Source: Calditrichia bacterium | Lineage (GTDB): Bacteria > Calditrichota > Calditrichia > JAJRVZ01 | Assembly (NCBI GenBank): GCA_963777955.1 | Contig: CAVZSQ010000013.1 | Location: forward strand, 96,001 to 160,000 | DNA: 64,000 bases | Direction: 5' to 3' | Part shown: in pieces, positions 40,435-52,768 of the stretch | Layout: each line of letters starts with the position of its first letter | Numbering within the stretch: the first letter of the stretch is position 1 | Made by a program: the position numbers and the translations under genes | Notes under the pieces: generated by a model | What the model saw: only the letters and a program-made list of their open reading frames with translations | Database searches by the model: none | Told to the model about the DNA's origin: nothing

Positions 40435-41910
40435 TTGATTAGAACCAGTTTTCCCCAGGTAACTTTACCTTCAATTTTTGCCCGGAAGAAATATACCCCG
40501 CTGGCCACTGTTCTGCCGGAATCGCTGCTGCCATTCCACTTGGCACTGCGATCATAGCTGCTGCCGCCAGGATCTGTTTCATACTCACGGATACTGGCAA
40601 CTTTATCCATCGCAAAATCATATATATCAATCTCTACCTCACCCGCCCGGGTGATATCATACTGAAAACGGACGAAGTCCTGCCGCGATGGTGAAAAGGG
40701 ACTCGGGTAGGCATACACGTTGGAAACCGCGGGAGCACGGGTTGATTGATAGGAACGGTTGATGTACCAGTGATTACCGTTATCGATGGTCGAAGCCAGA
40801 CCATCCCCGCTGCCGACCCAGAGCCGGCTGGCGGGGAATTCAGTGCTGACCCCGGCTGAATAGTACTTTTCGGTCAGGATCTCCTCGCCGCTCCGGGAAT
40901 CAACGATCGGCGGCATAGTGTACCAGTGCATTCCTGCATCTGCCGAGACGAACAAGCCCTTATCGCTGGCCACATAGATAATCGAATCATTGAAAGCAAA
41001 ATTGTAGGCGAAAACTCCCGGTAGCATCACTTCCCAGGTTTCACCGCCGTTATCGGATTTGCTGACTGCCCGGTATTCAGCAGTGTCCGTTTCGACGGTA
41101 GCGGCCCAGATGGTCTGGGTATACGGTTGATAATCGATAGCCACGACAAAGTTCCCCGATATGGGATACCTTTGATTCTGATGGGTAAAACGCTGCCAGG
41201 TTTCGCCCCTATCGGCGCTTTTACTGATACCTGCGGCCGTTCCGATCCAGATATTTTCATTTTCGACCAGAACAGAAAAAGCACGATGATTGAGCTGCCG
41301 GCTGACATCAAAAGCAAGACCATCCGTAGTCGTGACCTGCCAGGTCCGTCCCATATCCTGCGATTTTCTCAGGCCTCCGCCGAAAGAGGCGATCCAGATT
41401 GTCGAATCCAGTACACCGATATCATAAGTCAGATTCTGTACATTGGTGGTGGTCGGTTTATAGGCAGTAATATCCCGCGCATCAACCGGTTGTGAAACAT
41501 GTGTCCAGGTCTCACCGCCATCACGGGTATAACTTAATCCACCGCCGGCCTCTAATTCACTCCCGTCGCTGACGATCGTATCGAAAGCAGTGGCAATCCA
41601 TACGGTGGAATCGTCCATATAGGCTAAAGCGGAGACACCCCCTTTGGATTTATAATCATAGGGATTGAAAGTCTGCCAGGAGGCTCCCCCATTGCTGGTC
41701 TCATTCAAGCCAAAACCGGTGGCCACCCAAACCAGAGAATCCCTGGTAATAAGATCGACGATGCCATTGCCCAGAATGATACCGGAACCGCCGCTGGCCA
41801 TGGAATCAAATTTGAAATTACCCGGCCGCAAAACCTGGGCCGCATTATAATTATATAAGATCAATACAAGCGCAACCAGGCCAAATATTTTCTTAGCCTG
41901 AATTTTTCAT
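40431..41910 (-). CDS. BNR-repeat beta-propeller with T9SS-like CTD (PorZ-like architecture); indel in the signal peptide
   Basis: S.DgG.TW Asp-box repeats; YAYPSPFSP...WNG...VASGVYFF; ATG at 41910 is in frame after removing one A. Confidence 0.75.
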
Positions 41911-41959
41911 ATTTCTCTGCTAATTTTATCAATTATATTATAGTTCCATGATCAGGATC

Positions 41960-43175
41960 TCAATTACTATTATCTACTATCTCGATTGTCCTGATCTGCG
42001 CGGCGCTGAAATTCCCGGCTTTATCCCGGGCATAAAAAGTGAAGGTGTAGGTACCCAGCTCCGCACGTATTATAAACCAGCAGGGAGTATGAATAAATTC
42101 CATCGCCGGCCTGCAGATCCCCTTGTTCAAGCAGTTGGTTTAGAACAAACGGTTTTCCATTATCAACCAGTACAAAATATTTACCCTCGTTGGCCATGGT
42201 AGAATCCGGTTTGCGCGAATAAAAATAGACGGAGTCAATATCGGCCAAACCCTGATCGTCACTTACCTGCGCCGTGAGAAATCCCAGTTTATATGCACCG
42301 CTAACCGCTGGTCGCTCTATAACCTCGGGCAGAATAATATCAACAATTCGTGGAGGGGTGTTAGCCACAAACAATTCATGCGCAGGCACAATTTCGTTTT
42401 TCTCCAGAAAACTATCCAGCACATGGAACCATAATAAATATGAACCCTTTTTATCGACCATAAACGAAGAATCCAGTCTGACCGAAAAAACCGAGTCGCC
42501 GGCAAGGTCATCCCCATGTAATTCATAATTTCCGTCATTGAATAGATTAGATTCAAAAATCCGTGCCTGGCCCTGTACCGATTGACTCTCGAAATAAGCC
42601 TGGCTGATGTCGGAGATGCCGTCGTTATCAGATACGATCATCTGGATAACCGGCCTGAGCCGCGGCACAGCGAAAGTATCGGGAGCAGTAATGGTACTGA
42701 TGACCGGAGGATAATTGGGGCTGAACCAGACGGGATAATCTTTAACGACACTATGATTACCCTGCTTATCGATAGCGCTAAACTGAATGGTGTATTCGGC
42801 AGTCGCTTGCGCCGGAACAATTTGCGCAGCAATAAACTTGTTGCTGTATACGCCATCTCCAGCCAGCACATCTCCATCCAGGGGAAAATAGAAGGCGCCA
42901 TCATCATGGAGATAATCTGTATAAATCAGAGTTGAACTATTAGGATTAATGACCTCCAGGCGCACCGTATCGATATTGGCAAAGCCCTGGGCATCAAGTA
43001 CCTTTACCTCAACTTTATATGACAGTTCCACACGGGTGTTCCACTTCTCCGGAAGTACAATTGTATCTATGACCGGGTTCGGAGAAAGAGTGAGAATATT
43101 TTTGTCCTGCTTGCAGGAAAACAAAATATACATCAATCCCGCCAAAAATATAATATTGATCATGTTTAATTTCAT
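41960..43175 (-). CDS. Lipoprotein with three DxG..GD..AGD repeats (choice-of-anchor X-like); frameshift near 42065
   Basis: Lipobox LFSC; LHDDG...GDVLAGDGVYS, LFNDG...GDDLAGDSVFS, LVDNG...GDLQAGDGIYS. Confidence 0.75.
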
Positions 43176-43211
43176 TAACGGTCCCCGAGTAATAATTTTA
43201 TTTCGTTTTGG

Positions 43212-44202
43212 TCAAAGTACCTTAGTCCCTGAGTCCCTTAGTACCTGAGTGTTTTTCTTTGTCTCTTTGTGCCCTTGTGCCTCTGTGTCTTCTATATATT
43301 TATAATATCCAAACCGCAAGCCGCGGTCACTGGCCACCATACTTTCCAAACCGGCAAAATCCAATGTTTCCAGATAGATTAAGGTGCCATAGAGTATTAC
43401 ATCTTCACGCCCCTGGCTTATTCCCGGTTGCTGACGCCGCTGTACCGAGGTTAGGCGATTTAATGATTGAAACAATTCCCTTAATTCATTTTTATGGAGC
43501 ACATAGCCATTAATCCGCCCGGGATCATACACCTCCAGATGTTCCTTGAAAGCTACCAGCGTGGTGATTGTTCCCCCAACCCCGATCAGGACGTGCCCGG
43601 TTTTGATCTTAGGCAAAAAGGAAACCGGTTCTAAACGGTTCCGTATTATTTTTCGTAAATTGGCCTGATCAACTTCATCAAGTTGATCTTTCATTTGAAA
43701 CTGCTCAGCAAGTTCCACTACTCCAAGTGCCAGGCTCACAGATTCCAGGCGGGCCGGATCCTGGCCATAAATAATTTCTGTGCTGCCGCCGCCGACATCC
43801 ATGACTACGGGAATTTTATCCCGCTCCTTTACGGTCTCCCCTGCTCCTAAAAAACTGAACCGGGCTTCCTGCTCGGCACTGATGACCTGCAGTTCCCAGC
43901 CCAACTGTTTCCGGATTAAATCTCTGAATTGTTCAGCATTGCCGGCGCGGCGCAGGGCCGCTGTGCCCAGCAGATGTACGTCATCCACTCCCAGAGTTTT
44001 AATCTCCCGGGCATACAGATTCAACACAGCCATGGTTCTTTCTATCGCTGCGGTACCAAGTTGACCAGAATCAAATACACCTTCTCCCAAACGGCTGACT
44101 TTATACTGCTGCTGCAGTACATCGATTGTTCCCGGTTCAGGCGATTGTCCGATTAATAGCAGTACCGAGTTTGTGCCCAGATCGATGACAGACTCGTTTC
44201 AT
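43212..44202 (-). CDS. Ppx/GppA-family phosphatase (indel near start)
   Basis: IDLGTNS upstream of the listed ORF; GTAALR, EQEA, DVGGGSTE, GLRFG. Confidence 0.88.
43216..43290. repeat. Two adjacent degenerate octamer tandem arrays
   Basis: AGT(A/C)CCT(T/G) x4 at 43216-43247 and TCTTTGTG-like x4 at 43256-43287. Confidence 0.8.
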
Positions 44203-45062
44203 TATTTACTTTTAACCTTAAGTTCAAAAATTATAGCCAGCCATTCCTTTCTTATCTGCTTAGATACAAGGCTGAAACCATGTTTGCCAAACTGTTCTAC
44301 TACGAGCAGCTCATCTGCAGCCAGGAATCCGGAAAGTATTAATTTCCCTCCCCTGTTAAGATAGTCAGGAAAACGGGAGGCATAGTTCAGCAGAACATTT
44401 CTATTAATATTGGCCAGGACTAAATCAAATTCCTGCGGGATCAACTGTTCCAGGGAAGCCAGTCCCAGGTGTACTCCCGGAGAAACTTTATTCAAAGCGG
44501 TATTTTCCATGGCATTTTTAAGTGCGGCAATATCATTGTCTATGGCCGTAACCGATGCGGCGCCAAGTTTATCGGCAATAATGGCCAGGATTCCACTGCC
44601 GGTACCCACATCCAGCACCCGCATACCCGGTTTAAGTTTTTTGACTAAAGCCAGGATCAGCAGTTGTGTACTTTCGTGCTGACCGGTGCCAAAAGCCATT
44701 TGCGGATTAATTACGATTTTCAGATCTGCTTCCCGCGCCGGATATTTTTCCCAGGGCGGCAGAACAACAATTGTATCACCGATACGTAATGGCTTAAAAT
44801 ACTGCTTCCAGCTGTTGGCCCAATCCAGGTCAGAGACAGATTTGATCTGCATATAGCGCCGGTCAAAGCCGGGGATGATCTGGCTGATGAAATCAATTAA
44901 ACCTTTCTGGATTTCCTCCGACCAGTTATTTTTACTGAAATAAACAATAACAGCCTGCTCGTTCAGCTGAACGCCTTCACAGCCCATGGCGAACAAATAA
45001 GCAGAGATATCCTCCAGTTTTTGCTGTGGAATACTTAATTGAATTTCAATCCAACTCATCAT
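44202..45062 (-). CDS. prmA: Ribosomal protein L11 methyltransferase
   Basis: INPQMAFGTGQHEST, VLDVGTGSGILA, LANI. Confidence 0.93.
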   Translation of the reverse strand: MMSWIEIQLSIPQQKLEDISAYLFAMGCEGVQLNEQAVIVYFSKNNWSEEIQKGLIDFISQIIPGFDRRYMQIKSVSDLDWANSWKQYFKPLRIGDTIVVLPPWEKYPAREADLKIVINPQMAFGTGQHESTQLLILALVKKLKPGMRVLDVGTGSGILAIIADKLGAASVTAIDNDIAALKNAMENTALNKVSPGVHLGLASLEQLIPQEFDLVLANINRNVLLNYASRFPDYLNRGGKLILSGFLAADELLVVEQFGKHGFSLVSKQIRKEWLAIIFELKVKSK

Positions 45063-46000
45063 CGTTCATTATAGATTACGTGCAGGAGTACGGTTCCTAC
45101 CGCCTGTAAACTTTCGCTGCTGCATTTATCGGGAGTATCAGCGAGGGTATGCCAGAAGCGTTGTGAAGCATCCGGATAGTTAAAATCGATAATATCGATG
45201 CAGGGGATCCCCTGGTCGATCAGCATACGGTGGTCGTCATTGACATAATCACCCACTTTATTTTCAAATTGATAAATCCCTAAACTGGCTGCTGTGCTCC
45301 AGATTTTTTGAACTATATGGGGCAGGTATTCCTGTGAAAATCCCTCGATGGGAATAGCCAGCTGGGCGTCGCCGATCATATCCAGCAGGATGCCGTAGCG
45401 CGGCCGGTAATTGCGCATGACACCGGCAAAATAACGGGATCCCAGGAAATATTCCTCCAGGTAGCCTTCCCGGCCGTAATCCTCGCCGTCGAACAGAATG
45501 ATATCCACGCCAATCTCCGGACTGGCGTCCTGAAAACATTTAGCCAGCTCCAGTAATACCGCCACACCCGAGGCGCCGTCATTGGCCCCCGGAATCGGTT
45601 TGTCCCGGTTTTCCGCTGCTGGATCCCGGTCGGCAACGGGACGGGAATCCCAGTGTGCTGCCAGAAAAATACGCTGACTGCTCTTGACATTAAAAGCAGC
45701 CAGTAAATTGGTCATCATGATGTATTTGTTTCTAACCTGATCATGGTATTGAAAGGATTGGCGGACAACTTTGTCAGCAGATTGCTGTAATTCTTTTTCC
45801 AGGAAAAGCAGGCATTTTTTTGAAGCCTCACTGCCGGGCACCCGCGGACCAAAATCACATTGTGCCTGCAGATAGATCATGGCCTGCTGACCGTCAAAAT
45901 CAGGAATGTTTTTACCGCAAAATCCGAAATTTGAACCTAGTATAAATAGTAACAGGACTATACCCAGACCAGGTGTACCTATTTTTTTCATCTGTGTCAC
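45059..46000 (-). CDS. M28-family enzyme, glutaminyl-cyclase-like
   Basis: QCDFGPRVPGS, AHWDSRP, GANDGASGV, FDGEDYG, LLDMIG, DDH, WHT. Confidence 0.85.
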   Translation of the reverse strand: MTQMKKIGTPGLGIVLLLFILGSNFGFCGKNIPDFDGQQAMIYLQAQCDFGPRVPGSEASKKCLLFLEKELQQSADKVVRQSFQYHDQVRNKYIMMTNLLAAFNVKSSQRIFLAAHWDSRPVADRDPAAENRDKPIPGANDGASGVAVLLELAKCFQDASPEIGVDIILFDGEDYGREGYLEEYFLGSRYFAGVMRNYRPRYGILLDMIGDAQLAIPIEGFSQEYLPHIVQKIWSTAASLGIYQFENKVGDYVNDDHRMLIDQGIPCIDIIDFNYPDASQRFWHTLADTPDKCSSESLQAVGTVLLHVIYNER

Positions 46001-46048
46001 AACCTCGAGCTATTCCCGAATTATTGTAAAATTGATAAACATATAGTA

Positions 46049-49000
46049 CTAATCACGTATCGCAATATTTACCGATATTCCAAATTCATTCCAACTATAT
46101 TTACCGCTTATTTTATTCTCGGTGATCCCGGTTTCATAGAACATGCTGCCTGATACGCGGGTATTGAAGCGATAGGTCGCCGAAGGCCGCAGTTTCCAAC
46201 TGCTGTTATTCTGGGTTTCCTGAAAATTTCCCTGGTTGATCTGCTTTTGAAAAGTCTTATTGGATGACTTATCGAAAGCCAGGGTGAAGTTGATCTCGTT
46301 CTTAAAAGATTTACCTTTAAAAGGCCAGATTGGAATTGGAATTTTAAAGCCCCCCTTGGTGGCGTAAGAAGTCTGAGATGGTAAACGAACCGGTTTCCGT
46401 TCGTGAAGAACCACCGGCCGCCTGAAAACTATAACTGGTGCTGTTATTAAGACGGACAGATGAGGTCAAACCAATTTTCCAGCCGATTTGTAAACCCACA
46501 AATGGTTGATAATTATGAGTGAAGGTTTCAGTGGCCGGCACCAGTTCGTTGTTGGCGAATCTCTTTGTTGTGGCATATTTCCCGCTGCGGGCATGTTCCA
46601 GAGATACGGTTTTGGCAAAAGCCGGAAAGAATAAAAATTTTTCCAGACCTCCGATTTTGACATTCCAATCCGGAACAAAACTGAGCATATCCTTCAATAC
46701 CCCTTTGAACTCTTTGCTGGGATCCTTGCCCCAGGCCAGGTAGGTGACCGATTCATTACCGGAACGGGTGGTATTATTTCTGGAAGTGGACTTGGCCCAG
46801 TCATGACTGAAAGTCGTAGTCACATTCTTGGCTATATTGAAGGATACCGATGAATGTAATGCTTTATTATCCGTTACATTGGGTCCGATAAAAACCCCTT
46901 TGTTTAAAGATGTATCCTGGGCTACTCCCGGATTCCTGGTCAGACCGAACTGATAGTCCCAGGCAGGCATGTCCATAATAAAAAAATTTGTCGTGTTTTC
47001 ATCCCAGCTGTAACTGGTTTGTACTTTTTCCCAGGCATTAAAAATGGTATAAAGCCAGCGCAGCGGATTAAGCACCTGGGGATCAAGTTTTGGTTTTTTG
47101 CTCTTCTCTTCAGTTTTTGTTTCCGCAGCCTCTTTCTCTTTTTCCTTTTCCTTGGTTTCCTCTTCTGTAGCCGGTTTAGCCTTATCCTTTGCGGAAGCAG
47201 GCCGGCGGGGGCGCGACGTACCTTCCTCTGTTTTCTTTTTGGGTGTATAAATAAGATTGGTGACCTTGCTGGGATTAAATGAAAAATCCATCCGGCGCGA
47301 GATACGGTTGCTGCTTTGTTTCTGGTTTGTAGTCAGATTGGTTATATAATACTGAAAATTAGTCCCGTAGGAAACTCCTACATCCAGCCAGTTGACCAGC
47401 GTCGGTTTATAATCCGCTTTGAATCCCTGGGCAACATCGGTATCCTTGCCAAAATCTAATTTAGTAAGAATCGATTCTATTAACCTTGCACCGGTTAAAC
47501 CAACGTAATCGCCATTGGCCTTATAATTACGATTATAACCCAGATTGATACTGGGCAGTAAACGGTAACTCAAAGTGACGCCACGGGTCGATATAGTACT
47601 GGTTCTATAGGTAATCTTCGACTCGCTGCGCAGTTTATCTTTTTGCTTGCTATCCGAGATATTCAGGTTCATACTCATTGACGCAGGAGTGTAATAGATT
47701 TTCTGATCAGCCAGATATTTCAGCACCGGCAGGGTTGACAACGATTTGAACGGAGCGACAAAATTGTTCTTGCCGAAAGGCACATTATAGGAAAGCGACT
47801 GGTGCCATTGCTTTGATTCACTGATCTCGGTCTGATAATTCCGGCTGTTTTTATAGGAATAATCCACATCAATGGCCAGCTGGTCGACCGTATAACGCAG
47901 CATCCAGAATCCCGAAGGTGCTCTTTTTTTGATTGTTGTACCGATGCCATAAACTTCAGAATAGGAGATCTGACTATCCAGATCGGGATCCAGTTTTCTG
48001 AGCCCGAACAATGACATCAGTTTTTTATCGATACTATTATTATTATACCTGGTCAGCACGTCTGTCTGCGGAAAATACTTGGGGATATTCCGGCTGAAGG
48101 CAGCCCGGGCATCAATCGGTATTGAAAAATTCCAACTGTCCGGCAGCAGACGGTCAAAATTAAAAACTCCGGAATAATTCTGAGATTCAATTGTATTGCC
48201 CGCTCCGAATTGTGTTTTGATATCATGGAAATCTGCATCCACACTTTCCCAGTTGCCGTTGAAACTGAACAAGTCGGCTACCTTCAGACTGGCACTCAGC
48301 CGCATAGCAGTCCCTGACTCCTGCCGCACATCGGTCACCCGCATTTCATCAAACCATATTTCACCATTGTAGGATCGGATCTGATCACGGTTTTTGACAC
48401 CGATCCGGAAATAACGAATAGTAGTGAGTTTTGGATTCCCCATTACTTTATAATAACCGGCCGGCTTATCGGCCAGATATTGTATCCAGATATTTTTGGC
48501 TACCGGATCCAGGAATTTGGTTTTTGACAGTTGATCCAGATCGATATCAAAATTATTTAAACTCGTCCAGCCGGCATAGATATCCTGGCCATATTCATAA
48601 TAATTATTTGCATCCGCGCCAAAACGGATGAAGACACGAATCCGGCTGCTGTCCTGAATTGGATTAGACGGCAAATTCTGATCACCATGAACGAACATCC
48701 GTATCCGGCGGTAGTTGACCAGGGACATAATATCGCCATACAAAGTTTTATAGGCTATTGCCGATTCCCCCGGTTTCAGGTCGCTGATGCGCAGAACCAT
48801 CGATTGCTCTTTGGACATGGCTTTGGTGATACGATCCCGTACACCGCTTACTCCCGGCGGCGAGGTATAAGGTTCCGGTCCGCCCGGTATAAAAGTTGCA
48901 TTTTCTTCGCTATTATAAACGGTAATCGAAAATAATGAATCGTTTATAACGTACTTGGCAGTATCCTGGACCGCAATTCCTTCTTCTTCCCACTCATTGC

Positions 49001-52000
49001 CGATAAAATCAAAGGTGGCAATTTTAAGTTTTTTTCTTTCTGTAGTGAGATTACTGAACCATACCCGGACATAATAAATAGATTGAAATGTTGTATCTGG
49101 TTCACCGACTTTACTCATATATTCTTTTAAAGGGATGCGGTATTGCCGCCAGCCTGCTGCCGTTGATCCGGTCAGCCATTTTTTGGAAATTTCATCCCGG
49201 GGATCGAGAGTAAAACTGTATTCGAAATATTCGTTGATTAAATCGACTTTACCGTTCCCATCCAGGTCCTCGGTATCCGGATAATTGGACTGCTGGACCT
49301 CCGAATTGCCTTCGGTGCCATTGATGCCGTCATAGTTGGCAGTTTCCCGATCGATATTGAACCAGTTATCCAGAGGATCATCGCCAATTTGCCCCGAAGG
49401 TATTCCATCAACACCGGTATCTTCGCCTTCATCCAGCACTCCGTTGATGTTTACATCTTCAGAATTCAAGCCACGCCAGCCTGGGGTAACCGTAAACCAC
49501 CTGGTCATTATTTACGGTTTTCATCCACCAGTCTTCGGAAATTTGTCCGATGTCGATATTAATGCGCACATACTCCGGATCAGTTGCGGTGGTATCTTCT
49601 TTTATCCACATCTCGATGAATTTGGTACGCTGCTGGTTGGCAAAACTGGCCGTGGAACGCATGATTCCGTCCCAACTGCCGTCCGCATCCTGCTCGGCAT
49701 TGCGCCAGACCTCCAGGCCCAGCACATCGGTATACTGGCCGGTTTCGGCATTCACATCCCGGTTTGGCCAGATATCTTTAATCCTGACCTGGCTGAACGG
49801 ATTGAACCAGATCAGCCGGCCGCGCTGCTGGTCAGCTACGGTATCCAGTATTTCGGCTTCATTAATAACCTTGGGCGGACTGGCCCGGGTCCAGTTCATA
49901 AAACGGATACCCAGAGTGGTACTGCGTTTGGTACCTTCAAAATCATCCAGATAAGCCACCCCGTTATTATCGCCGGTCGAAGAATTATTCAAGGTATTCG
50001 GATCGGGCAGGATCTGGGCAAATTCTGCTTCCAGGTCAAGGGTCGAGGGATCGGTGGTTTCGATCAGGGGCAAAGCATCGACCATCTTGGTAAGAAATTT
50101 AGGTTTAAATTTAAGGGCGGTATTTATATCCCAGACAAAATTGCTGAATGGTTCCTGCCCTATTCTGACCCGCTGCTCCAGTGTCGACCGGTTCATGTAT
50201 AAAGCTGTGAGTGCAATAAAAGAATCGTCCAGAAAACGAAACTCTCCCCGTCCGCCAAAGATGGTTTTTTTATCCAGCTGAAAGATAGTCGCTTTTTCAT
50301 ACTTGATCTCCAGATTTGAACTGGAGCGTTTAGCCCGGGCGGAGACCAGGGTCAGTTGCCCGGTAAAATAGTCAATCAGATAGTCTTCATTCCGGTTTAA
50401 CTTGGCACCATTGAGCAGAACCTCTTCACTCCCCTCCAGAACGTTGAATCCCAACTCAAAAACCGATTTTATACTTTTTGAACTTACCACTATTTCAAAT
50501 TTGGTCAGATTCACCCGGTCATTCTGATTATTGGTGTCATAAATCCGAACCCGGTTGGTATCGGCCAGACCTTCTTGTCCCGGCTTGCTGGGATCGTTGG
50601 CAAACCGGCTACCCGGCAGCGGATTGAAAGGCTGGATGCAGGGAAAGATCAGAACACCCAGATCAAGATCAATCAGAAATGGATTATTATCTACTTTTTT
50701 ATCCCCCCCTTCGACGATACTTTTGTTTTCATCCACGCGGTCCAGCCCCATCAGATTAAGAAAAGTTTTACTCGGTTCAACCAGCTGCCTCGTTTCATGT
50801 TCACCACCCAGATTATACTCGATGCTGAGATCAAAACCCTGTTCTTCGATGCTTGAACCACCCAGAGAATAGACATTACGCATCATCAGCGGCCATACTT
50901 CGGTATAAGTCGGTTGTAATGTCTGGGGTTTAATCATACGCATGATAAGACGGACGGGTAGTATCGGCATAACATCGAAAATAAAGTTCCGACATGATCG
51001 TATCAGTTCTTATAAGCCACGGCCAGAATTTCCTTGTCCTGTACCGCCTGGGTCAACCAGAAAAAACCACGGGCATTATCATAATCATAGTCCTTGCCAC
51101 GTTCCAGACAGTATGAATTTCCCGCTTTCCACCTTTCCGGCAATTGTCTTCTACCGTATCAGTATTTATTATCTGTGCATATCTGGGATTATTAGGATCG
51201 ATCACCGCCAGTCCCTGTCGGGCATTGGTATTGGAGTAGGCAATCGATTTGTATACATCAAATTCCCTGATTAATTTTGAGTCGAGATAAAACCATTGCT
51301 GCAGATCATCCGAAAAACCTTCTTCAAAATAATCTTTATAGTACGTATCGATGAAAAAATAGCGGTCGCGTACAAAATCATAGTCATGCACGGTGACTTT
51401 GTTTTCACTGCTGCTGCCGGAAATGGATAATTTCTGCTGTTCCCCTTTCTCCAGTGAGGCGATACTGGTCAGATAAAAATTACCCAACTGCATTTCCGAT
51501 TTAATACCAAACAATCCTTTATTGGAACCGCCGAAAATAACGTACTTCGTGGATGGCAGGGATAAACCTATATTACCGGCTTCGATGCTGCGGATGATCT
51601 CATCTTCGTCGCCGTCATAGCGCAGTTTGAGGGTATTCTCGAAATCGAAAGTAGCCTCGCTGTTCTGTTCAACAGAAACCGTTACTTTTTCACCTATTTT
51701 TCCCTCGATGGTGAACTGCTGGGTTTGATTAAAGCGCGGGCTGAAACTCCCCGTCTGCTGCAAGCGGCTGATGGCCACACCCGATCTTTTCTCCGACCGG
51801 CCGGATAAATCGAAAGAAATATTACCGGTCACCCGCAAGCGCACCCGGTCGCTGCCGAAAATACGGGTAAAGGTGGCATTTTTAATCCGCACCGGGATCT
51901 CCAGTTCCAGGGCGCCCCCCTCTGTTTCTTCCGCTTCCACAACTTTTTTTATCGCCGCCTGTTTCCATAATTCCCGCTGATCAAACTTCAGACGCATATT

Positions 52001-52321
52001 GATATAGGTTTCCAAATCCACCACCAGTGGTAAATTCAGTTCAGTTTTATCGACAGACTCGGTGATGCTGATAAAGGCACCGCTTGAATCCATTACGGCA
52101 ATACGCTTAAAATAGGGGGGTTTGGCTTTGAACAGGGTTGAATCTAATCCGTAACCGCTGAGTCCTAAATACTCAGGGGTAAACAGTTGTACGATTCTCC
52201 CGGGCGGATTTAATTGCAGACCGATTTCTGCAGTCAGAATTGCCGGGCAGCAGAGTACAATCAATATACCAATACGGGAGAGTCGGAGGAGCCTAGTCTC
52301 CCACCAGTTAAATCTGCTCAC
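46049..52321 (-). CDS. sprA: T9SS outer-membrane translocon SprA (4 fragments, ~2,090 aa)
   Basis: FDFENTLKLRYDGDEDEIIRSIEAGN, MMRNVYSLG, AYLDDFEG, DTEDLDGNG, GEIWFDEMR. Confidence 0.9.
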
Positions 52322-52584
52322 AGAACTATGCTAATTATCCACTTTATAAATGACTCCGTAGCAAGTTCTCGTTAGGCAATCCTCCAATTAAAGGTTGGAA
52401 ATATAATTTACGAATATACTTAACCGCTATTATTAATTCAAGCCATTTATAGTCCTGAATGACCTGGTAATGATTATCCCGGCCGGTTAATTTATTATCG
52501 TCTGTTTATTAATCTGGTAAACCGCTGATCACGAAAAAAGTTCTGGCACTATTAATAATTTTTTATCAGTAAAAAATGTCCGGC

Positions 52585-52672
52585 TGTCATTTCGACCGAA
52601 GGGAGAAATCTGGTCACTTGAAAAACAAAGATTCTTCCTTAATCAGGTAAACCGGATTTCGTCAGAATGACA
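52585..52672. repeat. MITE/REP-like palindromic element
   Basis: TGTCATTTCGAC...GTCAGAATGACA terminal inverted repeat; internal GAGAAATCT/AGATTCTT. Confidence 0.7.
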
Positions 52673-52768
52673 GTACCGGGAATGATTAAAGTCTGTCGAT
52701 GCCGCCCCCCGAGTTATGATTAGAACTTCATTTGATTTTTATGTATATTGAATACATTAAGTTAGTGC

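Noticed and set aside
43216..43290. CRISPR array
   Set aside because: Units are 8 nt, contiguous and spacer-less; no cas genes in the window.
49336..50202. 288-aa plus-strand ORF
   Set aside because: Antisense shadow of sprA with no independent motif.
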